From the NCBI GenBank assembly GCA_024679065.1, contig JAGIQG010000008.1, positions 96,906,001 to 96,970,000 on the forward strand: DNA of 64,000 bases, written 5' to 3'. Made by a program: the position numbers and the translations under genes. The DNA comes from Sphyrna mokarran (Eukaryota). This document shows positions 47,797 through 60,882 of this stretch, piece after piece (the stretch's first letter is position 1; each line of letters starts with the position of its first letter). The notes beneath the pieces are model-generated. The model saw only the letters and a list, made by a program, of their open reading frames with translations, searched no databases and was not told the origin of the DNA.

Positions 47797-49701
47797 GTAA
47801 ATATTTACGCTGAGTACTGACTTTCTTTTTACAGCAGTTCATTCTGAACTTAGGCATACATTTAACAGCAGTTATGGAAGAGAGGCAATTTTCAGCTTGT
47901 GTTTGCTGTCAGAGTGAATGGCAATTGAGGATGGAAAACCTGGAGAGAATTGGGAATCCCAATTCTCCCTGGAAAATATTTCCCCATGTTCCATATCCCT
48001 TGCCCATGACATCACAAGGTTCATACATGGTCAAGAACCTCATTTTAACGGATTTAAATACATTTTTCTCGATTTACAAAGCTACCTCACATCACCCCAT
48101 CCTCACTGTATATTCAAACCTTGCTGACATATCAAAGTAGTGAATCTTCCCCTGAGGACATTGGTTCCAGTGCTGTTGACGCCCCCCCACAATCCCTTCT
48201 CCCCCACTCCACCCCCTCTCCCTCCCTCCCCACTACCACCATCATTCAATCCTTTATCCATTGAAGGTGAACTGGACTGCAATCTTGCCACTCATCGCCT
48301 CCAGTGATGAGTAACAGATTCACGGTGACACAAACACTTCTGTTTCTTGCTACTCTTCTGGTTTGTTGTACATTTTCTATCCTGAACTTTTACTGCCTAT
48401 GAGATGGCCACCTCTTGGAAAGTATGATCCAGGAAACTCCCTGATGCTGTGAAGTAACTTCAGATATCCTTCAACAATTCCCCTCTCCCAAAACCATATG
48501 TGCACCTCCCCAAAGTGTTCATCTCAATGTCAATTTGTCAATGGGAAATAATCCAGAAATTATAATCATTGGCGTGTTGTCCTTCAATTACTCCTGGATC
48601 CTGATAGTTTCCAAATAGGATCTCGTTCCTACTCTTTACCATTGTTGTTTATTCTAAAATGAATGGCAATGACGGGATCCATCTGTTCATCTCCAATATT
48701 ATTTCATGCCAGTTTGAAATGTTCCCCACCCCAGCACTGGTTAGACAACAAACCAAATAAAACTGCTTTTTCTGCCTACAAAGAGTGTCTCCTTAAGCAT
48801 TTAATCTCCTAGAAGAAGCACTAATCTTCTTCTTCTCCCCCTACTTTTGACAGCTTGCTCTGCAATGCTGTTATTATTCCAATTTTGTCTATCTGTCTAA
48901 ATATCCACACTGGTAGCAGGTATGTTGTGCCTGTCAGATAGGATCAATTTCCATTGTCTGTATCTAACCTGTGCTCCCCTTAATTTACATACAGTTGGAC
49001 ACAACAACCTTATTCTGAAGTTGCACTCCTTTATGAACTGTCACCAAAGTCTAGATAAAAGTGGCTAGGTATTCTTTCCACCCTTATGTGTCAAGGTGCC
49101 TACACTTCACAATCCAGCTTAATGGTTCTGAGCCAGAGAAATTTGAGATGCAGATATCCACAGAAGATATGTTCATTGGGGCTATCTCACAGCCCAGAAT
49201 CACTCATCTCCTGTGGCTCAGACAGAGAACCTGCTCTGCTATAACTTAGTAAAAAATTTTATAAACATCAGAGGTTTGGTTCTGTTTCATTCTATTGAGT
49301 GATGGAATGGTTGAGACAAATGTTTCATTCAAGTTATATCAAAAATTCCGAATACAAGGTGTTGAAATGAGAATATAGAATGGCATCGTTACAACATTTT
49401 CACATTTGAGATTAGTTGTTAAAACTTATTACTCAATCACAAGCAGGCTTACATTAAAACTGCAGTGATGAAACTCTGAAATTCCCCTAATCTAGTGCCT
49501 GTAACCAGCATGTCTTTCAGAATGGAGAGAGGAAACCGGAACACCCTAAGGAAACCCATGCAGACACGAGGAGAATGTGCAAAACTTCACACAGTGACCC
49601 AAGCCAGGAATTAAACCCAGGTTCCAGGTGCTATGAAGTAGCAGTGCTGACTGCTCTGTCACCATGCCTGTTAATGTATTTTGATTGTATTGTTGTTTCA
49701 G

Positions 49702-49758
49702 GGCCAGGCAGACCAACAAAGAATGAAGATGAAAGCAGCAGAGCTCCACTTTTAAAAG
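49702..49758 (+). CDS. Micro-exon 2 (GPGRPTKNEDESSRAPLLK)
   Basis: Intact splice sites, 57 nt. Confidence 0.78.
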
Positions 49759-51624
49759 GTAAATACTTAAGCTGAGTATGCAGTTTCTATTCTTAGCAGT
49801 CAACTCTGAATTCAAAGATATACTTAACAGCAATTATGGAGGGGGGGGAGACAATTTTCAGCCTGCTTTTGCTGTCGAAGTGAATGGCGATGATGATGGA
49901 AAACATGGACAGAATCGGGAAGCACAATTTTCATCAGAAATGTCATATTTTTCCATTTTCCATACCTCTAGCCAGTAACATTACAAGGTTCACACCTACA
50001 AAGGTCAAGAACTCATGTTAATGGATTTAAATAAATTTTGTTCCAATTACCCAGTCTTCCCGCATGACCCCACGCTCGCTGAATATTCCAACCTTGCTGA
50101 CATACTAAAGTAGTGAATCCTCGCCCGAGGACATTGGTCCCAGTTCTGTTGAGAGCTATGTCCAATATCCCATACTATCTGGAACTTATGATGATGGTGA
50201 CAGAATGCCTGTCTGTCTCTGTAACAATGGAATCTTCTGTACTGCATTCCCACACATTCTCTATCCCCCTGCCCCCATCCCCAGCCCATCCCACTACCAT
50301 TAAATCTTTTGTTCATTGAGGCCATGAGTTGGAATGTACTTTTTTGGAGTGTTGTCATCCATTGACTCCAATGATGAACAGCTTCAAGTGGCACACACAC
50401 TTCTGTCTCTTCCAACTCTTTTGATTTGTTATACATCTTCCATCCTGAACTCTTACTGCTTATGAGGTGGCCATCTCTTGGAAAGTATGATCCAAAAAAC
50501 TCCCTGATGCTGTGAAGTGACTTCCGATGTCCTTCAACAACTCCCCTTTCCCATAACCATGTGTTTATCTCCCTAAAATGTTCAATCCAAAGGCGATTTG
50601 TAGGTGGGAAATAATCCAGAGATTATAATCTTTGAGATGCTGTTCTTCAATTAGTTCCTGGATCCTGATAGTTTCCAAATAGGATCTCATTCCTTCACTT
50701 TACAATGTTGTTTTTATCCTCAAATTAATTGTAATGACGGGATCCCATCTGTTCATCTCCAATATTTCATGCCAATTTGAAATGTTCCCCATCCCAGCAC
50801 TGGTTAGACAACAGACCAGATGAAACTTCTGTCTGCAAAGAATGCTATCTGTCTCCTTGTTGTCGAATTTCTTCAAATACCACTAATCTTCTTCTCCTGC
50901 TACTTTAACAGCTTGGTGCTCCATTTAACCTGTGGTCCAATTAATCCAGATACAATTGGTCACAACAACCTTATTCTGAACTTGTACTTTATAAACTGTC
51001 ACCAAAGTCTAGATAAAATTGGCCAGGTATTGTTTCCAACCTTATGTTGACATCCATAGCAGAGATATTCATTGAGTCTATCCTACAGTCCAGAATCATT
51101 TACCTACTGCATTCCAGACAGAAATCCTACTCTGCTTTAACTTAGTGTAAATTTTATAATCATCAAAAGTTTGGTTCTGTTTTATTCCACTTGAATGATG
51201 GAAGATTTAAGACAAATGTTTAATTCGAGTTGTATCAAAAGTTCCAAATACAAAGTATTGAAATGAGAATTTAGAATGGCGTAGTTACAAAACTATGACA
51301 TTTGAGATCCTCTTAAGTTGTTAAAGTTTATTTACTAGTCACGAGTAGGCTTACATTAACAGTGCAATGAAATTAACTGCAAAATTCCCTGAGTCACTAC
51401 TCTGGTGCCTGTCCGGGTCAATGCCTCTAAACCAGCATGTCTTTGTGAATGGTGGAAAGAAATTGGAGCACTTGAAGAAAACCCAGGCAGACAATGGGAG
51501 AATGTGCAAATTTCACATACTCAGTCATCCAAGCCAGGAATTGAACCTGGGTCTTTGTCACTGTGAAGAAGCAGTACTGACTGTTGTGCCACAGTAATAT
51601 ATTTTGATTATTTTGTTGTTTCAG

Positions 51625-51681
51625 GGCCAAGCAAACCAGGGAAAAGTGAAGATGAAAGCAGCAGATCTCCACTTGTAAGAG
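51625..51681 (+). CDS. Micro-exon 3 (GPSKPGKSEDESSRSPLVR)
   Basis: Intact splice sites, 57 nt. Confidence 0.78.
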
Positions 51682-53542
51682 GTAAATACTTATGCTGAGT
51701 ACACAGTTTCTGTTCTTAGCAGTCAATTCTGAATTCAGGGGTATATTTAACAGTAATAATGGGGAGCTGGGAGAAAATTTTTAGCCTGCGTTTGCTGACA
51801 GAGTGAATGCCGATGATGATGGAAAACCTGGACAAAATCGGGAATCCTGATTCTCCCCGGAAATACCATTTTTCCCCATTTTCCACACCATTAACCGGTG
51901 ATATCACAAGGATCACATAGGGTCAAGAACCTCCTTTTCATGGATATAAATACCTTTTTCTCTAATTATCCAGCCACTCCACATGACCCCACCCTCACTG
52001 TATATTCAAACTTTCTGACATACCAAAGTAATGAATCTTCCCCCTAGGTCATTGGTCCTAGTCCTGTTGACCCACCCAAATCCTTTCTCCCCTGCCCCAC
52101 TACCATCACAATTCAATCCTTTGTCCATTGAGGCCATGAGCTAGTATGCACTTTTTCAAGGTGTTGCAACCCATTGTCTCTAATAATGAGTAACAGTTTC
52201 ACAGTAGCACACACACTTCTGTCCTATTCTTCTGGTTTATTACACATTTTCTATTCCGAACTCTTACTGCCAATGAGGTGGCCACCTCTTGGAAAGTATG
52301 ATCCAGGGAAATCCCTGCTGCTGTAAGTGAATTCAGATGACCTTCAATAATTCCCCTTTCCCATAATCATATGTTCAATTCCCTAAAGTGTTCATCTCAA
52401 TGACGATTTGTCAATGGGAAATAATCCAGAAATTATAATCTTTGAGATGGTGACATTCAATTAGCTCTTGGATCCTGATAATTTCCAAATAGGATCTCAT
52501 TCCTATTCTTTACCATGTTGTTTATTCTAAAATTAATGGCAATAATAGGATCCATCTGTTCATCTCCAACATCATCTTATGCCAGTTTGAAATGTTCCTC
52601 ACCCCGAACATTGGTTAGACAACAAACCAAATAAAACTTCTGATCTTACCTACAAAGAATGTTATCTGGCATCTTAAGCATTTAATCTCTTTTAAATACC
52701 ACTAATCTTCTTCTTCTCCCACTGGTTTTGACAGCTTTCTGCTCCAGTGCTACCATGATTCTGATTGTGTCTGTCTGAATATCCACACTGGTGGTGGGTA
52801 TATTGCACCTTTTAGATAGGTTCAACTTCCATTGTCTCTATCTAACCTGTGATTCCCTTAATCTATACACAATTGGTCACAACAATCTTATTCTGAACTT
52901 GTACTTTTTTGTAAACTGTCACCAAAGTCTAGATAAAAATGACCAGGTATTGTTTCCAACCTTATGTGTCACAGTGCCTCCACTTCACAATCCAGCTCAA
53001 TGATTCTGAGCCAAAGAAATTTGAGATGCAGACATCCACAGCAGATATATTCACTGGGGCTGTCTCACAGTCCAAGGTCATTCACCTGCTCAGTCCAGAC
53101 AGAAAAGCTGCTCTGCTATAACTTAGTAAAAATTTTACGAACATCAGAGATTTGGTTTTGTTTCATTCTATTTGAACCCTGGAAGAGTTGAGACAAATGT
53201 TTCATTTGAGTTGTATCAAAAATTCCAAATACAAGGTGCTGAAATGAGAATCGAGAATGGCATAAGTACAACATTCTCACGTTCATCCTAACTTTATTTA
53301 TCAATCACAAGTAGGTTTACATTAACACTACAATGAAGAAACTGTGCAATTCTCTTAATCCAATGCCTCTAACCAGCACGTCTTTCAGAATGGTGAGAGG
53401 AAACTCGAGCACCCAAAGGAAGCCCATGCAGAGATTGTGCAAACTTCACACAGTGACCCAAGCCAGGAATTGAACCCAGGTCCTGTGCTGACCATTGTGT
53501 CACCATGCCTGTTAATGTATTTTGATTGCATTGTTGTTTCAG

Positions 53543-53605
53543 GGCTAGGCAAACCAGCGAAGAATGAAGATAAAGTTGAAAGTAACATAGCTCCACTTGC
53601 AAGAG
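53543..53605 (+). CDS. Micro-exon 4 (GLGKPAKNEDKVESNIAPLAR)
   Basis: Intact splice sites, 63 nt (in-frame 6-nt insertion). Confidence 0.78.
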
Positions 53606-55553
53606 GTAAATACTTAAGCTGAGTACACAGTTTCTGTTCTGGGCAGTCAATTCTGAATTCAGGGATATTTTTAGCAGCAATTATGCTGGCGGGGAGTGTA
53701 TTTTCAGCCTGCATTTTCTGTCAGAGTGAATGGCGATGACAACAGAAAACCTGAATAGAATCAGGAACCATAATTCTCATCGGTAATATAATATTTCCCC
53801 ATTTTCCACACCCCTCACGGGTGACATCACAAGGTTCACACGTAGAAAGGTCAAGAACCTCATTTTAATGGACTTAAATACATTTTTCTCCAATTACCCA
53901 GCCACCCCACATGACTCCGCCCTCACTGAATATCCAAACCTTGCTGACATACCAAAGAAGTGAATCTTCCCTCGAGGACATTGGTTCCAGTCCTTTTGAG
54001 AGTTATGTCCAATATCCCATACCATCTGGAACTTTTGATGATGGTAATACAATGCCTGTCTGCCTCTGTACCAATAGAATCTCCTATACTGCATTACCAC
54101 ATATCCTGTATCATCCTGTCCACCCGAGCCTACCTTACTCCACTACCAGTGAATCTTTTGTTCACTGTGGCCATGAGTTGGAATGCACTCTTGTCGGGTG
54201 TTGTCATCTATTGTCTCCAATGATGAGTAACAGCTTCACAGTGGTACACACAATAATGTCTCTTCCGACTCTTTTGGTTTGTTATACATCTTCCATCCTG
54301 AACTCTTTCTGCTTATGAGGTGGCCACCTCTTGGAAAGTATGATCCAGGAAACTCCCTGAAGCTGTGAAGTGACTTCAGATGTCCTTCAACAATTCCCCT
54401 CTCCCATAACCATATGTTCATCTTAAAATGTTCAACCCAATGATGATTTGTAGGTGGGAAATAATCCAGAGATCATAATCTTTGAGGTGCTGTTCTTCAA
54501 TTAGCGGCTGGATCCTGACAGTTTCCATATAGGATCTCGTTTGTATGCTTTGACATGTTGTTCATCCTAAAATTAATGGTAATGATGGAATCCATCTGTT
54601 CATCTCCAACATTATTTCATGCCAGTTTGAAATTTTCCCCACCCCACCAATGGTTAGATAGCAAGCCAGATAAAACTTCTGATCCTGCCTATAAATAATG
54701 CTATGTGTCCCCTTATTTGTTGAATGTCCATTAAAAAGCGCTAATCTTCTTCCCCTATTTTTGACAGCTTGCTGCCCCATTTTCTCTGTGCTTCCCTTTA
54801 TCTACATACAACTGGTCACAACAATCTTTTTCTGAACTTGTACTTCTTTATAAACTGTCACCAAAGTCTAGATAAAAGTGGCCAGGTATTGCTTCCAACC
54901 TTATATGTCAGAGTGCCTCCACTTCACAATCCAGCTCAATGATTCTGAGCTAGAGAAATTTCAGATGCAAGTATCCACAGGAGATTTATTCTTTGGGTTT
55001 ATCTCACAGTCCACAACCACTTACCTACTGCATTCCAGACAGAAATCCTACTTTACTCTAACTTACTGTACATTTTATAAACATTAAAAGTTTGGTTCTG
55101 TTTCATTCCACTTGAACGATGGATGATTTGAGTCAAATATTTAATTCGATTTGTATCAGAAGTTCTGAATATGAGGTTTGAAATGAGAATCTAGAATGAC
55201 ATAGTTACAAAATTCTCACATTTGGGATCGTCTTAAGTTGTTAAAGTTTATTTATTAGTCACAAGTAGGCTTACATTAACATGGAATGAAATTAACTGCA
55301 AAATTCCCTGAGTCAGCACTTTCTGGTGCCTGTCCGGGCCAATGCCTCTAAACTCAGCATGTTTTTGTGAATGGTGGGAAGAAACTGGAACACGTGAAGA
55401 AAACCCACACAAACGTGGGGATAACATGCAAACTTCACATACACAGTGACCCAAGCCAGGAATTGAACCTGGGTTCCTGGCACTGTGTAGAAGCAGTGCT
55501 GATGATTGTGCCACCATGACTGTTAACGTATTTTGATTATATTATTGTTTCAG

Positions 55554-55610
55554 AGCCAGACAAACCAGGGAAAAGTGAAGACGAAAGCAGCAGAGCTCCT
55601 CTTGCAAGAG
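55554..55610 (+). CDS. Micro-exon 5 (EPDKPGKSEDESSRAPLAR)
   Basis: Intact splice sites, 57 nt. Confidence 0.78.
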
Positions 55611-55902
55611 GTAAATACTTGTACTGAATACACAGGTTTTGTTTTTAACTCAGGCATACATTTAACAGCAATTATGGAGGGGAAGCAATTTTCAGCCTGC
55701 ATTTGGTATCAGAGTGAATGGCGATGAGAATAGAATATCTGGAGAGAATCGGGAATCCCAGTTCTCCCCGGAAAGATCATGTTTCCCCAAACTTCACTGC
55801 CCTCGCCAATGATATCACAAGGTTCATACCTAAAAGATTGAGAACCTCATTTCAATGGATTTAAATAATTTTTTCTCTAATTACCCAGCCACCTCACTTG
55901 AC

Positions 55903-56900
55903 TCAAAGAACAAAACAGCATGGGAAACGGGCCCTTTGGCCCAAGAGCCCGCGCCACCACCCAATGTTCCCACTTCTCCCCATGATCCCTGTCTATGTTT
56001 ATAGATCTATGCATTGGAACCAAATTTGCAAGACAATTTTGGCAAAACAAATTCTCCCTATCAGCCTAAGAGCACATCTTTGGGGTGTGGGAGGAAACTG
56101 GAGCACCTGGAGAAAACCCATGCAAGCACGGGAAGAATGTGCAAACTCCTACAGACACAGGCCCAAATCCATGTATCTGCACAGCACAATGATAGTCACT
56201 GAGCTGTCGTGTTGCCCATCAACTGGTCCAGTTCAAGTGTATAGTAACAACGTGAAGCACTAGGCTATTCTCGAAAAATCCAAAGCAGCCCTCTCATGAC
56301 CCATCGCGTGTATGCCCTTGTTAAACAACAAGGCGGACCGAAGTACCTGTAGGATAAAACAGAAATACATCAATATCATTGACAATTTACACACTTCCCA
56401 GGGAACTCCCAAGGCTCATGATTCCTATTTTAAATCAGTCTCCTATATCCATCCATTCCCATTCTGTTCATGTGTCCATCTAAGTGTTTCTTAAATAACT
56501 CCAGGGTGCCTGCCTCCACCACCTTACTTGGCAGTGTGTTCCATATCCCCACAACCCTCTGTGTGAAAAGACTCCCTCCAGCATCCAAATTATACCTTAC
56601 CCCCCTCACCCTAAGCCCGTGACCCCTCGTGATATTTGAGTCCAACCTAGGAAAAAGCTTAACCCTGTTTACTCTATCTATACCCCTCATAATCTTGTAT
56701 ATCTCTATTAGATCTCCTCTACGTCTACGTCTTTCTAAGGAAAACAGTCCCAATTTGCCTAACCTCTCCTTGTAACTCAGACCTTCCATACCAGGCAGCA
56801 TCCTAGTAAACCTCCTCTGCACTCTGTCCAGAGTCTCCACGTCCTTCTGGTAGTAAGGCAACCAGAACTGGAGACAGTATTCCAAATGAGGTCTAACCAG
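55903..56900 (-). mobile_element. 5'-truncated CR1 with V-core 3' UTR inserted in the array
   Basis: ORF 56430-56903; UTR homologous to 35376-35897. Confidence 0.93.
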
Positions 56901-57745
56901 CATTCTGTACCCTCAATGAGTATTCAAACCTTGCTGACATACCAAAATAGTGAATCCTCCCCCGAGGACATTGATCCCAGCCCTATTGACCCCTCCCTCA
57001 ATCCCTTGTGCCCCTTCCACCCTCTACCACTTCCACCATCATTCAATCCATTGTCCATTGAGGGTGAGCTCGAATGCAATCTTTCAGGGTGTTGCCATCC
57101 ATCGTCTCCAATGATGAGTAACAGATTCACGGCAATACAGACATTTCTGCCTCTTTTGACTCTTCTGGTTTGTTGCACATTTTCTATCTTGAACTCTTAC
57201 TGTCTATGAGGTGGCCACCTCTTCGAAAGTATGATCCAGGGGACTCCCTGATGCTGTGAAGTGACATCAGATGTTCTTCAACGATTCCCCTCTCCATAAC
57301 CATGTGCTCACCTCTCTAAAGTGTTCATCCCAATGATGATTTGTAAGTGGGAAATAATCCAGAGATTATAATCTTTAAGGTGTTGTCCTTCAATTAGCTC
57401 CTTTATCCTGATAGTTTCCAAACAGGATCTCGTGCCTACTCTTTACTGTGTTGTTTATTCTAAAGTTAGTGCTAATGACGGGATCCATCTGTTCATCTCC
57501 AACATTATTTCATGCCAATTTGAAATGTTCCTCACCCCAGCACTGGTTAGACAACAAACCAAATAAAACTCCTGATTCTGCCTACAAAGAATGCTATCTG
57601 TCCCCTTAAGCATTTAATCTCTTATAAATACCACTAATCTTGTTCTTCGCCCCCAACATTTGACAGCTTGCTGCTCCAGTGCTGTCATTATTCCGATTCT
57701 GTACATCTGTCTGAATATTGACACTGGTAGCAGGTATATTGTGGC

Positions 57746-57946
57746 TTTTTTTTTGTTTTTATTCCAATTCAATCCAATCAAGTCCAATTCAGTGTCTGAA
57801 CAAGTTGAGACATTCACGATCCAAGCTGACAAGACAGTGCTCTGACCTCTTGGGTTCGATCCACGTGATCCAAGTTGACTGGAGTAGGTATCGCTCCTCC
57901 TCCAAGGCACAATCTCATTTGCATCTTAGCCAAAAGGTGGAGATGC
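57746..57946 (-). mobile_element. Short A-tailed retroposon with a U2 snRNA-like 5' head
   Basis: Minus strand starts GCATCTCCACCTTTTGGCTAAGATG (U2: GCTTCTCGGCCTTTTGGCTAAGATC) and ends AATAAAAACAAAAAAAAA; absent from the other array units. Confidence 0.6.
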
Positions 57947-58729
57947 TGCTTTTAAAAATTGCTTAGATAGGATCAATTTCCTTTGTCTCTATCTAACCTG
58001 TGCTCCCTTTAATCTACACACAATTAGTCACAACAACCTTATTCTGAACTTGTACATTATTATAAACTGTCACCAAAGTCTAGATAAAAGTGGCCAGGTA
58101 TTGTTTCCAGCCTTATGTGTCAGAGTGCCACCACTTCGCAATCCACTTAATGATCCTGAATCAGAGAAATTTGAGATGCAGACATCCACAGAAGATATAT
58201 TCACTGGAACTATCTCCCAGTCAAAGACCACTCACCTCCTGCAGCCCAGACAGAAAAGCTGCACTGGTATAACTTAGTAAAAATTTGTAAAAAATCAGAG
58301 ATTTGGTTCTGTTTCATTCTATTTGAACGATGGAAGATTTGAGACAAATGTTTCGTTCAAGTTGTATCAAAAATTCTGAATACAAGGTGTTGAAATGAGA
58401 GTCTAGAATGGCATTGTTGCAACATTTTCACATTCAGAGTCCACTTGTTAAAATTTATTTATTAATCACAAGTAGGATTACATTAACACTGCAATGAAGT
58501 TATTGTGAAATTCCCTTAGTCAATGCCTCATACCAGCACATCTTTCAGAATAGTGAAAGGAAACTTGAACACTCTAAAGAAACCCATGCTGACACGAGGA
58601 GAATGTGCAAAACTTCATACAATGACCCAAGCTGGGAATTGAACCCAGATCCCAGGCACTGTGAAGTAACAGCGCTGACCACTCTGCTGCCATGCCTGTT
58701 GACGTGTTTTGTTTGCATTGTTGTTTCAG

Positions 58730-58786
58730 GGCCAGGCAAACCAGTGAAGAATGAAGATGAAAATAGCAGAGCTCCCCTTGTAGGAG
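58730..58786 (+). CDS. Micro-exon 6 (GPGKPVKNEDENSRAPLVG)
   Basis: Intact splice sites, 57 nt. Confidence 0.78.
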
Positions 58787-59729
58787 GTAAATACTTATGC
58801 TGAGTACATAGTTTCCGTTCTTAGCAGTTAATTCTGAATTTTTAACAGCAATTATGGAGGGGTGGGGGGACAAATTTCAGTCTGCATTTGCTGTCAGAGT
58901 GAATGATAATGGAAAACCTGGTGAGAATCAGGAAGCACAATTCTCTTCAGAAATATCATATTTCCCTATTTTCCACATCCCTCTCCAGTGATGTCACAAG
59001 ATTCATCCTACAAAGATTGAGAACCTTTTTTTTATGAATTTAAATAAATTTTTCTCCAATTACAGGGCCATCCCACATGACTCCATCCTCACTGAGTATT
59101 CCAACCTTGCTGACATATCAAAGTGGTGAATGTTCCCTTGAGGACATTGATCCCAGTCCTGTTGACCCACCCTACCAATCCCTTTCCCACCCCACCGCAC
59201 TATCACCACCATCCAATGCTTGTCCATTGAGGCTGAATTGGAATGCAATATTTCCAGTTGTTGCCATCCATGTCTCCAATGATGAGTAACAGCTTCACGG
59301 TGACACAAACACTTCTATCTCTTCCTGCTCTTCTTTTTTATTGTACATCTTCAATCCTGAACTCTTACTGTCTATGAGATGGCAGTGTCTTGGAAAGCAT
59401 GATCCAGGAAACTCACTGATGCTGTGAAGTGACCTCAGATATCCTTCAACAGTTTCTCGCTCCCAAATGCATGTCTTCACCTCCCTAAAGATTTCATCCT
59501 AATGATGATTTGTAGGTGGGAAGTAATCCAGAGATTATAATCTTTGAGATGGTATCTTTCAATTAGCTCATAGTTTCCAAATAGAATCTTGTTCCCACTC
59601 TTTACCATGTTGTTTATTCTAAAGTTAATGGCAATAATGGGATCTAATTGTTTATCTCCAAGATCGTTTCATGTCAGTTTGAAATGTTCCCCACCTCATC
59701 ATTGGTTAGACAACAAACCAGATGAAACG

Positions 59730-59987
59730 TTGGGAGTTTGCGCGTTCTCCCCGTGCTTGCGTGGGTTTTCTCCGGGTGCTCCGGTATCTTCCCACATCCC
59801 AAAGATGTGCTTTTAGGCTAATTGGCAAAACAAATTCTCCCTAAATTGTCTCAAATTTGGTTTTTAATCCATAGATCTATAAACATAGACAGGGATCACG
59901 GGTAGAGGTGGGAACATCGGGGTGGCAACGCGGGCTCGTTGGGCCGAAGGGCCTGTTTCCAGTGCTGTTTTGTTCTTTGTTCTTTGT
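59730..59987 (+). mobile_element. Short 5'-truncated CR1 3' UTR (V-core plus tail)
   Basis: Matches 35650-35897. Confidence 0.88.
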
Positions 59988-60825
59988 CTGATCCTGTGTG
60001 CAAAAAATGCTATCTGTCCCCTTATTTGTTGAATGTCCTTCAAATACCATTAATCTTCTTCTTTCTCCTCCTACTTTTGAAAGCTTGCTGCTCCATCTAA
60101 ACTGTGCTCTCTTTAATCTACATACAATTGGTCACAACAACTTATTCTGAATTTGTACTTCTTTATGAACTATCACCAAAGTCTAGATAAAATTGGCCAA
60201 GTATTGTTTGCAACCTTATATGTCAGAGTGCCTCCACTTCACAATCCAGCTCAATGCTTCTGAGCCAGAGAAATTTGAGATTCAGGCATCCACAGAAGAT
60301 ATATTCATTGAGTTTATCTCACAATCCAAGAACATTCACCTCCTGCAGCCCAGATAGAAAACTTGCCCTGCTATAACTTAGCAAAAATTTTATAAACATC
60401 AAAGATTTTGTTCTGTTTCATTGTATTTGAACAATGGAAAGTTGAGACAAATGTTTCATTTGAGTTGTATCAAAAATTCCAAATACAAGGTGTTGAAGTG
60501 AGAATCTAGAATGGTGTAGTTACAACATTCTCATATTTGGGATCCTCCTTAGTTGTTAAAATTCATTTACCAATCACAAGTAGGCTTACATTAACACTGC
60601 AATGAAGTAACTGGGAAATTCCCCTTGTCCAATGCCTCTAACCAGCACCTCTTTCAGACTGGTGCAACAAAACTGGAACACCCTAAGGAAACACATGCAG
60701 ACGCAAGGAGAATGTGCAGAAGTTCACACAGTGACCCAACTCAGGTTCCAGGCACTATGAAGTAGTAGTGTTAACCAGTCTGTGACTGTGCCTTTTAATA
60801 TATTTTGATTACATTGTTGTTTCAG

Positions 60826-60882
60826 GGCTGGGCAAACCAGCGAAGAATGAAGATGAAAGTAGCAGATCTCCACTTGTAAGAG
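60826..60882 (+). CDS. Micro-exon 7 (GLGKPAKNEDESSRSPLVR)
   Basis: Intact splice sites, 57 nt. Confidence 0.78.

Larger units (their letters stand above)
43811..47875 (+). repeat. Segmental duplicate of 206-~3800 (paralogue A/B homology including introns)
   Basis: Colinear similarity, very high near the TM exon and lower downstream. Confidence 0.92.
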
